A stretch of DNA of 64,000 bases from Candidatus Oxydemutatoraceae bacterium (lineage in GTDB: Bacteria > Pseudomonadota > Gammaproteobacteria > Poriferisulfidales > Oxydemutatoraceae), in the NCBI GenBank assembly GCA_965226235.1, contig OZ245335.1, positions 1,260,427 to 1,324,426 on the forward strand, written 5' to 3'. The notes below the pieces were generated by a model. The model made no database searches. It had not been told where the DNA came from and was given only the letters and a program-made list of their open reading frames with translations. The translations under genes and the position numbers were made by a program. Positions 40,554-49,109 of the stretch are shown in pieces (position 1 is the first letter of the stretch; every line of letters begins with the position of its first letter).

Positions 40554-40937
40554 ATGAGCGAAATAACGGACACAATACCGCAAGCGACCGATTGCTCTGC
40601 ACACGAGCCATTCGCGTTGCGCGTGCTGGGCGATAGCATGGAGCCAGAATTCCCGGATGGAACCATCATCCTCATCGACCCTTCGGGGGTGGTCGAAAAC
40701 GGTTGTTACGTCCTCGCGGAAATCAGCGAGGCCGACATTGAAAAAATCCAGCCCGATAGCCTCCTCCCCGACGCGGGATATATATTTCGCCAGCTTGCCG
40801 TCATAGACGGGCGCTATCATTTGAAGCCATTGAACGCAGGCTATGCGACGATAGAGATTTCAAACCAAGGTGCCGTCAAGGGAGTCATCGTGCAAAAAAC
40901 CGGTATTCGGCGCCACGACATCAAGCACTACAGTTGA
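40554..40937 (+). CDS. Stand-alone S24-family LexA/UmuD-like peptidase domain protein (127 aa)
   Basis: The Ser nucleophile lies in LRVLGDSMEPEFPDGTIILIDP and a downstream catalytic Lys lies in AVKGVIV. There is no N-terminal HTH. Confidence 0.6.
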   Translation: MSEITDTIPQATDCSAHEPFALRVLGDSMEPEFPDGTIILIDPSGVVENGCYVLAEISEADIEKIQPDSLLPDAGYIFRQLAVIDGRYHLKPLNAGYATIEISNQGAVKGVIVQKTGIRRHDIKHYS

Positions 40938-41062
40938 CGTGCGCCAGATTGCTTCCGGCTCAGGCCAGGTCAACGCGGTGTTTTTTCTGGCATCGCAGGA
41001 AAGCAGAGGTACGCCGCGGTAGGCGCTACGAAGCAAGCGATGGATGCCGGGCTTCGGCACGA

Positions 41063-41719
41063 TCAGTGTCCCTTGCGCGCGGCGTTCTGCCGCTCTCGCT
41101 TGACGGCAAGAATAGCTGCTTCAACGCGTGAGCGCATCCCGAGCTTCCTCAGAATGGACTTTACGTGTAGCTTGACGGTGCCGTCGGAAATACCAAGCTC
41201 CTTGGCAATCAATTTGTTGCTCTGCCCCTCCGCCAGCAGATGAAAGGTCTCCCTCTCTCTCGGCGTGAGGCTGTCAAGCGAGTCTGGCTCCTTGATTCCC
41301 TGGCTGACAAGCTGCAAATACTTGCTATGCATCTCCGGCGCCACTTCGGTACCCCCCGCAATGACCCTGCGTAAAGTAACAACCAGTTCGTCTGGCTCCA
41401 TGTCCTTGAGAAAGTAACCACGGGCACCCCACTGCATCGCATCGGCAAGATCTTTTTCAGCCCGGCTGGTCGTCAGGATAATAACCGGCACCGTAGCGCT
41501 CTGATCGGCCAATTCCTTGAGCACGCTGATCCCGTCCATTTCAGGCATTCTCACATCCAGAAGCACCGCGCTCGGCTGCAGTTGCCTCACCAGATCAACA
41601 CCCTCCCTGCCGTCTCCCAGAGAAGCAGCGACTTCTATGTTGCGCAACTTGAGTAAACCCTCAAGACCCTCCCGAAACAGGGTGTGGTCGTCGATGAGAA
41701 TCACCTTGATCTTATCCAT
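41063..41719 (-). CDS. NarL/FixJ-family response regulator (REC + LuxR HTH)
   Basis: The REC domain reads MDKIKVILIDDH...LLDVRMPEMDG. The C-terminal GerE/LuxR HTH reads LTPRERETFHLLAEGQSNKLIAKELGISDGTVKLHV. Confidence 0.85.
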   Translation of the reverse strand: MDKIKVILIDDHTLFREGLEGLLKLRNIEVAASLGDGREGVDLVRQLQPSAVLLDVRMPEMDGISVLKELADQSATVPVIILTTSRAEKDLADAMQWGARGYFLKDMEPDELVVTLRRVIAGGTEVAPEMHSKYLQLVSQGIKEPDSLDSLTPRERETFHLLAEGQSNKLIAKELGISDGTVKLHVKSILRKLGMRSRVEAAILAVKRERQNAARKGH

Positions 41720-42791
41720 CGGTCGCTGCCTCCCTTGGCTCGTGGTGGTGCGAGGGAACGGAGAAATCCAGGGAAACATGCACGCCTTCGCCCACTTCGC
41801 TTTCAATGGACAGCTTGCCTCCAATACGCAGTGCGCGGTTGTGCATGCCGCCCAGCCCGATGTGTTCGTCGCTGTCGCCCGGGTTGACCCTCATCCCGAC
41901 GCCATCGTCTTCTATCAGCACCCGATAATGGCCACTTTCGTTGCTACGCACCATCACCCTCACCACCGATGCCCTGGCGTGCTTTTGCACGTTGTTCAGC
42001 GCTTCCTGAATAACCCTGAGCACCTGGACCTCGTACTCCTGCGGCATCGCCTCCCGTGACCAGGCTTTTTGGAAAAACAACTGCACCCCGGGGTTGTCCT
42101 CGCGAAATTTGAGGATCAACTGGTCAACCGTACGCTCGAGGCTTCCCATCAGCGAGGTGGTGTGGAAATAGCCGATCAAATCGCGTATCTCGCGATTGGC
42201 CGTGCGCAATGTATCACTCAGTTTTTCAAACTGCTTGCGTAACAGTTGCGTGTCGCCGCTTTGCAGGCTTTCTTCGAGTACGTGCACCTGGAACCGCATA
42301 CCACCGATCGTTTGTGCCAGCGAATCATGCAATTCGTAAGCGATCCAGGCGCGTTCCTGCATCCGTGTCTTGTCGGTCAAGTGTTCGGTATAACGCTGCA
42401 CTTGCACATTGCCACGGGATGATTGCGCTTCCAGCATATGCGCTAATGAATTGAAGTCATGGCACAGGCCGTTGAAGCTGCTGCCGCGGACTTCGGCAAC
42501 GCGCGAAGCGAGGTTGCCGGCATGAATGTCCAGCAACCAGGCCCGCAGGTTGTTCGACGGCTTGACGTAATCCAGCCACAGAAACACGGCGGACACCGCC
42601 AGCAACACCAGCAACGCCCCCAACGCCACGCCCTGCCACCTCTGCCATAGTGCGTAATCCGACAGGTAAACGAGAATCGCCCCCCCTGCCAGAGAAAGCG
42701 CCGCCAGCAACAGAACCATCGCACGAAAGTGGATCAGTTGCTCGGTAGCCCGCCAGTCCAGGCTGGTTCTTGAACTCTCTTGCCAGAACAT
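41712..42791 (-). CDS. Sensor histidine kinase with HisKA_3-type (NarX/NarQ class) dimerisation domain and HATPase
   Basis: Two N-terminal TM helices, the H-box YELHDSLAQT, and the ATP-lid region DDGVGM...GLGGM. It overlaps the response regulator start. Confidence 0.8.
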   Translation of the reverse strand: MFWQESSRTSLDWRATEQLIHFRAMVLLLAALSLAGGAILVYLSDYALWQRWQGVALGALLVLLAVSAVFLWLDYVKPSNNLRAWLLDIHAGNLASRVAEVRGSSFNGLCHDFNSLAHMLEAQSSRGNVQVQRYTEHLTDKTRMQERAWIAYELHDSLAQTIGGMRFQVHVLEESLQSGDTQLLRKQFEKLSDTLRTANREIRDLIGYFHTTSLMGSLERTVDQLILKFREDNPGVQLFFQKAWSREAMPQEYEVQVLRVIQEALNNVQKHARASVVRVMVRSNESGHYRVLIEDDGVGMRVNPGDSDEHIGLGGMHNRALRIGGKLSIESEVGEGVHVSLDFSVPSHHHEPREAATDG

Positions 42792-42810
42792 TTATCTCCC
42801 CGCAATGATC

Positions 42811-43137
42811 CTAAGCGCCTAGAGGAATGTGCTGAGGACGCACATAGGAAGGATCGTTGGGATTCAGAAAGATGAAATGAAACTGCCCTGCCTCCAGCTC
42901 GACGTAATCTATCGTCATGTCCCTTACCAGGTCGCGCGACCCACTCGATATGACAACGTCGATATCCTGCGCGCGAATCAGCAGGTCTCCCTCCCAGGTC
43001 TTGTCGTCAAAACCCATCAGGTAATGAAATCTGCCGTCCTTGCGCTCCACGGCAATGCGCAGCGGCAAACCTTCCGCCGCCCCAGCACTGGCACTTTCCC
43101 TGATTTGCCTCGCCGCAGATTCCGTCAGCTTGATCAT
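42811..43137 (-). CDS. dsrR: DsrR, an IscA/HesB-like protein lacking the conserved cysteines
   Basis: It has the HesB fold pattern (LTESAARQI...LRIAVE...GFDD...DIDVVISSG) and a C-terminus FHFIFLNPNDPSYVRP with no Cys. Cysteine-less IscA homologs encoded after dsrN are known as DsrR in Allochromatium vinosum. Confidence 0.65.
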   Translation of the reverse strand: MIKLTESAARQIRESASAGAAEGLPLRIAVERKDGRFHYLMGFDDKTWEGDLLIRAQDIDVVISSGSRDLVRDMTIDYVELEAGQFHFIFLNPNDPSYVRPQHIPLGA

Positions 43138-43377
43138 TTGAAAAACCAACGCCCGTTACAACCACATCTGCCCGCACCAAGCATCGGGTTGTGGCGGCGT
43201 GCGTTGCTCCTCCCGCCCACTATATTACACCCCTCCCACTGTGGCTCAATGGAACCAGGCTTCGCCAGCATTGCGCAACCGACCGGTGAGCCCACCGGCC
43301 TACGGGGACGGTACTCACGAAACAGGAACCTCGCCACCCGGACAGTCGCCGCTGTGCTCACAACAAGCAAGCGAAAC

Positions 43378-43820
43378 TCACCCGACCAACCCGACAAACC
43401 TGGCAAATCTCGCGGGCCAACTGCTGTTGGTCGAGCGCAAATGAACAAAGGACGCCAGCAGGTTGGCGTATACGATCCCATCCTTGCCACCACCGATACC
43501 ATCGCCTCGCAATACCTTGTAAGCGGTTTTCATCTCGCCACCGAAATTGACCAGCTTTGCATGATGAAACTCGTGGCCCGCGTAAACGGACAGCGCGTCA
43601 TCGCTGTTCGTCCAGGGCATATCAAGGGTTTCCTCCACTCGCACGTACCCTCTAGCCTAAATGACACCGACCATCGCATGGCGCTCCTTCCGCCAAGCTA
43701 TGCTGCGGCTCAAGTACATCAACCCGCCGCATTCAGCATAGGCAGGAAGCCCCCCTTCGATAGCACCTTTGACCGCCGCGCGTAAAGAGATGTTGGCTTC
43801 CAAGTCGGCGGCATGAACCT
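43378..43820 (-). pseudogene. Decayed duplicate of the dsrN 3' end (last ~148 codons), copy 1
   Basis: ORFs 43657..43896 and 43378..43644 together reproduce ...VHAADLEANISLRAAVKGAIEGGLPAYAECGGLMYLSRSIAWRKERHAMVGVI / RVEETLDMPWTNSDD...ARFARFV of intact DsrN (49110..50633). It carries a TAG nonsense codon and a 30-bp deletion relative to the intact gene. Confidence 0.75.
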
Positions 43821-44087
43821 TTATCGCCAAATTGATCGTCACCCAACCAGGACCGTGGTCTTCGCCTCCCTTCCCGGCGCGACACCGACACCACATCCCA
43901 AGGCGCGCACAAAAACATCAACTTCTCCAACAATTTTCCGGCTTCGTCCATCGTCTCCTCCAGATCGCACGGAAAAGACCATCCTACTCCTCATCCCACA
44001 CAAAATCTCGAAGAACCAAATTATAATGGCGTAATTGCAGGCACCGGAAATTCGAGCAGGTATCAAGTCGCTGGAGGAAAATGCCCC

Positions 44088-46082
44088 ATGAATATCCCCC
44101 TCGGGAAAAAATTGTTCTTTTCGGCAATCTACCTCGCGTTAATTACCGGCGCGCATTTTTCCGGATTAAGCCTCGTCAGCGGTAACCTGTGGATCAAGGT
44201 CTTCTGGAAAGATTTGCAAATCCTTCTGCTGTCAGCATTGGTGCTGATGGTTGTTTATATCGTCTCATTCTCGGCTTTTTTACTCTCCGGAAAAAAACGG
44301 GAACTGCGTTGGCCAATAGTGTGTTTCCTGTTCAGTCTTGGAGTGGTGTGTTTTTCGTACATGATGCTCTTTCCCAAAGGTGTATTTCTCCAGAAGGTCA
44401 GTGTCAGTGTGGTCTTGTTCTCATGGATTGCAATTGCTCTGGTTTTTTTCCAGACAGAAGCAACTTTCCTGTCGAAAGTCATGCGTTATGTTCTGGGAAT
44501 CATTTTGTTTGCCATTAGCATGACCTCGATATACAAGCATCAGGATCTGCTGGAGATGCTTTTTTATCCGAAGGCTCTGATTGCAGATCAGTCTGTTGAG
44601 AAAAAATTCGACAAGAAAGAATCAAAGATTCGCACAAGTTTTTATAACCTGTCCGCCATAGAGTATTCCATTTCAGATTACTACATACCGGCAAAACTGG
44701 CAAATATTCCCAGTTACCTTGGAGTGATCAATGACAAAAATTTTCTTGTCATTGATCGTCTCGGCAACATGTTTCATTTGTATCTGAAAAGCAACGCAAA
44801 AGAAAAGGCAACATTTGAAAAAGAGAATCTCTATAGAAGGATGCTGGCGGCAAGGTTCCCGATCAATTACCGGGAGGTCAACAAGTTCAACAAGTTCAAC
44901 AAGTCTTATTTTCGGGTACATGATTTGTATATAGAAAGAGAGAATGAGAGTGGAGAGCAACGATCACTGTACGTTTCCCATAGTTTCTGGAACGCTGAAA
45001 AGGAATGTTTTACTGTAAGAATCACAAAGATGACCCAGGATATTTCGGTGCTGCTGGAATCGCACGCCACACCGACGTGGCGTACGCTTTATGAAAGCAC
45101 TCCTTGCTTTCACAGATTATCTTCCGGCCACCAGGCAGGCGGCAGAATTGTCGGGATGGATGAGGAGAGTTTGCTGTTTACAATCGGCGATCACGGGTTT
45201 GATTCCGCAGAAGATCCGGGGAACTTTCCTCAGGATATTGATACGGCGTATGGGAAAATCTGGAAGATTAACCGTACTACCGGAGAATCTGACATGATTT
45301 CTCTGGGACACCGAAATCCTCAGGGGCTATATCGCGCGCCCAACGGAACAATTTGGTCGACCGAGCATGGGCCTGCAAGCGGCGACGAATTAAACAAGGT
45401 AAATGTCGGTGCCAACTATGGATGGCCACACGCATTGTACGGGACAAGTTACGGTGCGGAAACTTTGCGCGGCGAGGTAATTCAGAATGACCACGGAGAT
45501 TATGAGCATCCTGTGTTTGCATGGGTGCCTGCAATTGCTGTATCCGAGTTGATTGGAGTCGAAGGAGATTTGTTCCCGCTGTGGAAAGATAACCTCCTGG
45601 TTTCTTCCCTGAAAGCACAAACCTTGTTTCGCCTGCAAATACATGAAGATCGTGTTGTTTATAGTGAAGCCATTAAAATAGATAAAAGAATCCGGGATTT
45701 GGCACAGACTTCCAATGGAGAACTCCTTCTCTGGACAGATGACCAATCGCTGGTGCGATTGTTGCACAAGGAACAGCCCACAATAAGCAAGGGCGAACAG
45801 ATTTTCCAGGAAAAATGTGCTGCTTGTCATAACATGTGGCCTGATCATGCGCACGGGTTCGGTCCGAATCTACACAATGTATACGCAAGCAAAATTGCAA
45901 GACACTCCGACTACAACTACTCAAAAGCATTATTGGCACGAGCTCAGGACTCTTGGACCCGAAAAAATCTTGATCTTTTTCTGGAAAACTCCCTGCGTTT
46001 TGCGTCTGGCACTACCATGCAGCAAATAGAAATATCCGCCGCCGAAAGACAGACATTGATTCAATATATGAGGAACAATTGA
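44088..46082 (+). CDS. Membrane-anchored quinohemoprotein, copy 1. It has five N-terminal TM helices, a PQQ-dependent soluble glucose/sorbosone dehydrogenase (sGDH-family) beta-propeller domain, and a C-terminal class I cytochrome c domain.
   Basis: sGDH motifs HQAGGRIVGMDEESLLFTIGDHG and GHRNPQGLYRAPNGTIWSTEHGP...GANYGWP are present. The cytochrome c2-like domain has CAACH...GPNLHNVYASKIA...GTTM. The N-terminal 160 aa are strongly hydrophobic. The gene is AT-rich (about 45% GC). Confidence 0.8.
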   Translation: MNIPLGKKLFFSAIYLALITGAHFSGLSLVSGNLWIKVFWKDLQILLLSALVLMVVYIVSFSAFLLSGKKRELRWPIVCFLFSLGVVCFSYMMLFPKGVFLQKVSVSVVLFSWIAIALVFFQTEATFLSKVMRYVLGIILFAISMTSIYKHQDLLEMLFYPKALIADQSVEKKFDKKESKIRTSFYNLSAIEYSISDYYIPAKLANIPSYLGVINDKNFLVIDRLGNMFHLYLKSNAKEKATFEKENLYRRMLAARFPINYREVNKFNKFNKSYFRVHDLYIERENESGEQRSLYVSHSFWNAEKECFTVRITKMTQDISVLLESHATPTWRTLYESTPCFHRLSSGHQAGGRIVGMDEESLLFTIGDHGFDSAEDPGNFPQDIDTAYGKIWKINRTTGESDMISLGHRNPQGLYRAPNGTIWSTEHGPASGDELNKVNVGANYGWPHALYGTSYGAETLRGEVIQNDHGDYEHPVFAWVPAIAVSELIGVEGDLFPLWKDNLLVSSLKAQTLFRLQIHEDRVVYSEAIKIDKRIRDLAQTSNGELLLWTDDQSLVRLLHKEQPTISKGEQIFQEKCAACHNMWPDHAHGFGPNLHNVYASKIARHSDYNYSKALLARAQDSWTRKNLDLFLENSLRFASGTTMQQIEISAAERQTLIQYMRNN

Positions 46083-46237
46083 GTTCCTTGCGGACCAAAG
46101 GGCCAGCTCCATCAAACCCGGAGCCTTCTGGCAACCGGTGATCTTTCCCCTGTAATCCGGTTCATTTGGATTGAGAAAAAAACATTGTATTGGAGGCCAC
46201 CCATTTTTAGTGCCACGCCCGGCAGGCAAACGGGAGC

Positions 46238-46683
46238 TTATCCGACCGACCTGACAAACCTGGCAAATCTCGCGGGCCAACTGCTGTTGGTCGCGCGCAG
46301 ATGGACCAAGGACGCTAGCAGGTTGGCGTATACGATCCCATCCTTGCCACCACCGATACCATCGCCTCGCAATACCTTGTAAGCGGTTTTCATCTCGCCA
46401 CCGAAATTGACCAGCTTGCGCATGATGAAACTCGTGGCCCGCGTAAACGGACAGCGCGTCATCGCTGTTCGTCCAGGGCATATCAAGGAGTTTCCTCCAC
46501 TCGCACGTACCCTCTAGCCTGAATGACACCGACCATCGCATGGCGCTCCTTCCACCAAGCTATGCTGCGGCTCAAGTACATCAACCCGCCGCATTCAGCA
46601 TAGGCAGGAAGCCCCCCTTCGATAGCACCTTTGACCGCCGCGCGTAATAGAGATGTTGGCTTCCAAGTCGGCGGCATGAACCT
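46238..46683 (-). pseudogene. Decayed duplicate of the dsrN 3' end, copy 2
   Basis: ORFs 46483..46677 and 46238..46486 match the DsrN C-terminus. It shares the 30-bp deletion (QADAVMCERPCGRGY reduced to QARGY) with copy 1 and has an additional frameshift. Confidence 0.75.
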
Positions 46684-46950
46684 TTATCGCCAAATTGATC
46701 GTCACCCAACCAGGACCGTGGTCTTCGCCTCCCTTCCCGGCGCGACACCGACACCACATCCCAAGGCGCGCACAAAAACATCAACTTCTCCAACAATTTT
46801 CCGGCTTCGTCCATCGTCTCCTCCAGATCGCACGGAAAAGACCATCCTACTCCTCATCCCACACAAAATCTCGAAGAACCAAATTATAATGGCGTAATTG
46901 CAGGCACCGGAAATTCGAGCAGGTATCAAGTCGCTGGAGGAAAATGCCCC

Positions 46951-48954
46951 ATGAATATCCCCCTCGGGAAAAAATTGTTCTTTTCGGCAATCTACCTCGC
47001 GTTAATTACCAGCGCGCATTTTTCCGGATTAAGCCTCGTCAGCGGTAACCTGTGGATCAAGGTCTTCTGGAAAGATTTGCAAATCCTTCTGCTGTCAGCA
47101 TTGGTGCTGATGGTTGTTTATATCGTCTCATTCTCGGCTTTTTTACTCTCCGGAAAAAAACGGGAACTGCGTTGGCCAATAGTGTGTTTCCTGTTCAGTC
47201 TTGGAGTGGTGTGTTTTTCGTACGTGATGCTCTTTCCCAAAGGTGTATTTCTCCAGAAGGTCAGTGTCAGTGTGGTCTTGTTCTCATGGATTGCAATTGC
47301 TCTGGTTTTTTTCCAGACAGAAGCAACTTTCCTGTCGAAAGTCATGCGTTATGTTCTGGGAATCATTTTGTTTGCCATTAGCATGACCTCGATATACAAG
47401 CATCAGGATCTGCTGGAGATGCTTTTTTATCCGAAGGCTCTGATTGCAGATCAGTCTGTTGAGAAAAAGTTCGACAAGAAAGAATCAAAGATTCGCACAA
47501 GTTTTTATAACCTGTCCACCATAGAGTATTCCATTTCAGATTACTACATACCGGCAAAACTGGCAAATATTCCCAGTTACCTTGGAGTGATCAATGACAA
47601 AAATTTTCTTGTCATTGATCGTCTCGGCAACATGTTTCATTTGTATCTGAAAAGCAACGCAAAAGAAAAGGCAACATTTGAAAAAGAGAATCTCTATAGA
47701 AGGATGCTGGCGGCAAGGTTCCCGATCAATTACCGGGAGGTCAACAAGTTCAACAAGTTCAACAAGTTCAACAAGTCTTATTTTCGGGTACATGATTTGT
47801 ATATAGAAAGAGAGAATGAGAGTGGAGAGCAACGATCACTGTACGTTTCCCATAGTTTCTGGAACGCTGAAAAGGAATGTTTTACTGTAAGAATCACAAA
47901 GATGACCCAGGATATTTCGGTGCTGCTGGAATCGCACGCCACACCGACGTGGCGTACGCTTTATGAAAGCACTCCTTGCTTTCACAGATTATCTTCCGGC
48001 CACCAGGCAGGCGGCAGAATTGTCGGGATGGATGAGGAGAGTTTGCTGTTTACAATCGGCGATCACGGGTTTGATTCCACAGAAGATCCGGGGAACTTTC
48101 CTCAGGATATTGATACGGCGTATGGGAAAATCTGGAAGATTAACCGTACTACCGGAGAAGCTGACATGATTTCTCTGGGACACCGAAATCCTCAGGGGCT
48201 ATATCGCGCGCCCAACGGAACAATTTGGTCGACCGAGCATGGGCCTGCAAGCGGCGACGAATTAAACAAGGTAAATGTCGGTGCCAACTATGGATGGCCA
48301 CACGCATTGTACGGGACAAGTTACGGTGCGGAAACTTTGCGCGGCGAGGTAATTCAGAATGACCACGGAGATTATGAGCATCCTGTGTTTGCATGGGTGC
48401 CTGCAATTGCTGTATCCGAGTTGATTGGAGTCGAAGGAGATTTGTTCCCGCTGTGGAAAGATAACCTCCTGGTTTCTTCCCTGAAAGCACAAACCTTGTT
48501 TCGCCTGCAAATACATGAAGATCGTGTTGTTTATAGTGAAGCCATTAAAATAGATAAAAGAATCCGGGATTTGGCACAGACTTCCAATGGAGAACTCCTT
48601 CTCTGGACAGATGACCAATCGCTGGTGCGGTTGTTGCACAAGGAACAGCCCGCAATAAGCAAGGGCGAACAGATTTTCCAGGAAAAATGTGCTGCTTGTC
48701 ATAACATGTGGCCTGATCATGCGCACGGGTTCGGTCCGAATCTACACAATGTATACGCAAGCAAAATTGCAAGACACTCCGACTACAACTACTCAAAAGC
48801 ATTATTGGCACGAGCTCAGGACTCCTGGACCCGCAAAAATCTTGATCTTTTTCTGGAAAACTCCCTGCGTTTTGCGTCTGGCACTACCATGCAGCAAATA
48901 GAAATATCCGCCGACGAAAGACAGACATTGATTCAATATATGAGGAACAATTGA
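46951..48954 (+). CDS. Membrane-anchored PQQ-dependent dehydrogenase-cytochrome c fusion protein, copy 2 (667 aa)
   Basis: About 99% identical to copy 1, with around 8 amino-acid substitutions. It carries one extra 9-bp aacaagttc (NKF) repeat unit. Confidence 0.8.
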   Translation: MNIPLGKKLFFSAIYLALITSAHFSGLSLVSGNLWIKVFWKDLQILLLSALVLMVVYIVSFSAFLLSGKKRELRWPIVCFLFSLGVVCFSYVMLFPKGVFLQKVSVSVVLFSWIAIALVFFQTEATFLSKVMRYVLGIILFAISMTSIYKHQDLLEMLFYPKALIADQSVEKKFDKKESKIRTSFYNLSTIEYSISDYYIPAKLANIPSYLGVINDKNFLVIDRLGNMFHLYLKSNAKEKATFEKENLYRRMLAARFPINYREVNKFNKFNKFNKSYFRVHDLYIERENESGEQRSLYVSHSFWNAEKECFTVRITKMTQDISVLLESHATPTWRTLYESTPCFHRLSSGHQAGGRIVGMDEESLLFTIGDHGFDSTEDPGNFPQDIDTAYGKIWKINRTTGEADMISLGHRNPQGLYRAPNGTIWSTEHGPASGDELNKVNVGANYGWPHALYGTSYGAETLRGEVIQNDHGDYEHPVFAWVPAIAVSELIGVEGDLFPLWKDNLLVSSLKAQTLFRLQIHEDRVVYSEAIKIDKRIRDLAQTSNGELLLWTDDQSLVRLLHKEQPAISKGEQIFQEKCAACHNMWPDHAHGFGPNLHNVYASKIARHSDYNYSKALLARAQDSWTRKNLDLFLENSLRFASGTTMQQIEISADERQTLIQYMRNN

Positions 48955-49109
48955 GTTCCTTGCGGACCAAAGGGCCAGCTCCATCAAACCCGGAGCCTTC
49001 TGGCAACCGGTGATCTTTCCCCTGTAATCCGGTTCATTTGGATTGAGAAAAAAACATTGTATTGGAGGCCCCCCATTTTTAGTGCCACGCCCGGCAGGCA
49101 AACGGGAGC

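Larger units (their letters stand above)
43378..49109. repeat. Tandem direct repeat of two units (about 2860 and 2872 bp). Each unit is dsrN-3'-fragment + 267-bp leader + quinohemoprotein gene + 155-bp tail. The array is inserted between dsrR and intact dsrN.
   Basis: Identical ORF-track proteins lie at a 2863-bp offset: 43813 and 46631 (plus strand), 43839 and 46702 (minus strand), and 44088 and 46951. The junction ggcggcatgaacct|ttatcgcc is identical in both units. The intact dsrN at 49110 abuts the same 155-bp tail. Confidence 0.9.

Noticed and set aside
43150-44087. Looked for transposase, integrase, tRNA or inverted terminal repeats bounding the low-GC cassette
   Set aside because: No such ORFs or cloverleaf-like sequence were found. 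The boundaries coincide with dsrN homology instead, pointing to homologous recombination rather than transposition.
43378-49109. Possibility that the 2.86-kb tandem duplication is an assembly artefact
   Set aside because: The two units differ by scattered substitutions (about 1%), a 9-bp indel and distinct inactivating lesions in the dsrN fragments. A collapsed or duplicated assembly would normally give identical copies. Still worth read-level confirmation.
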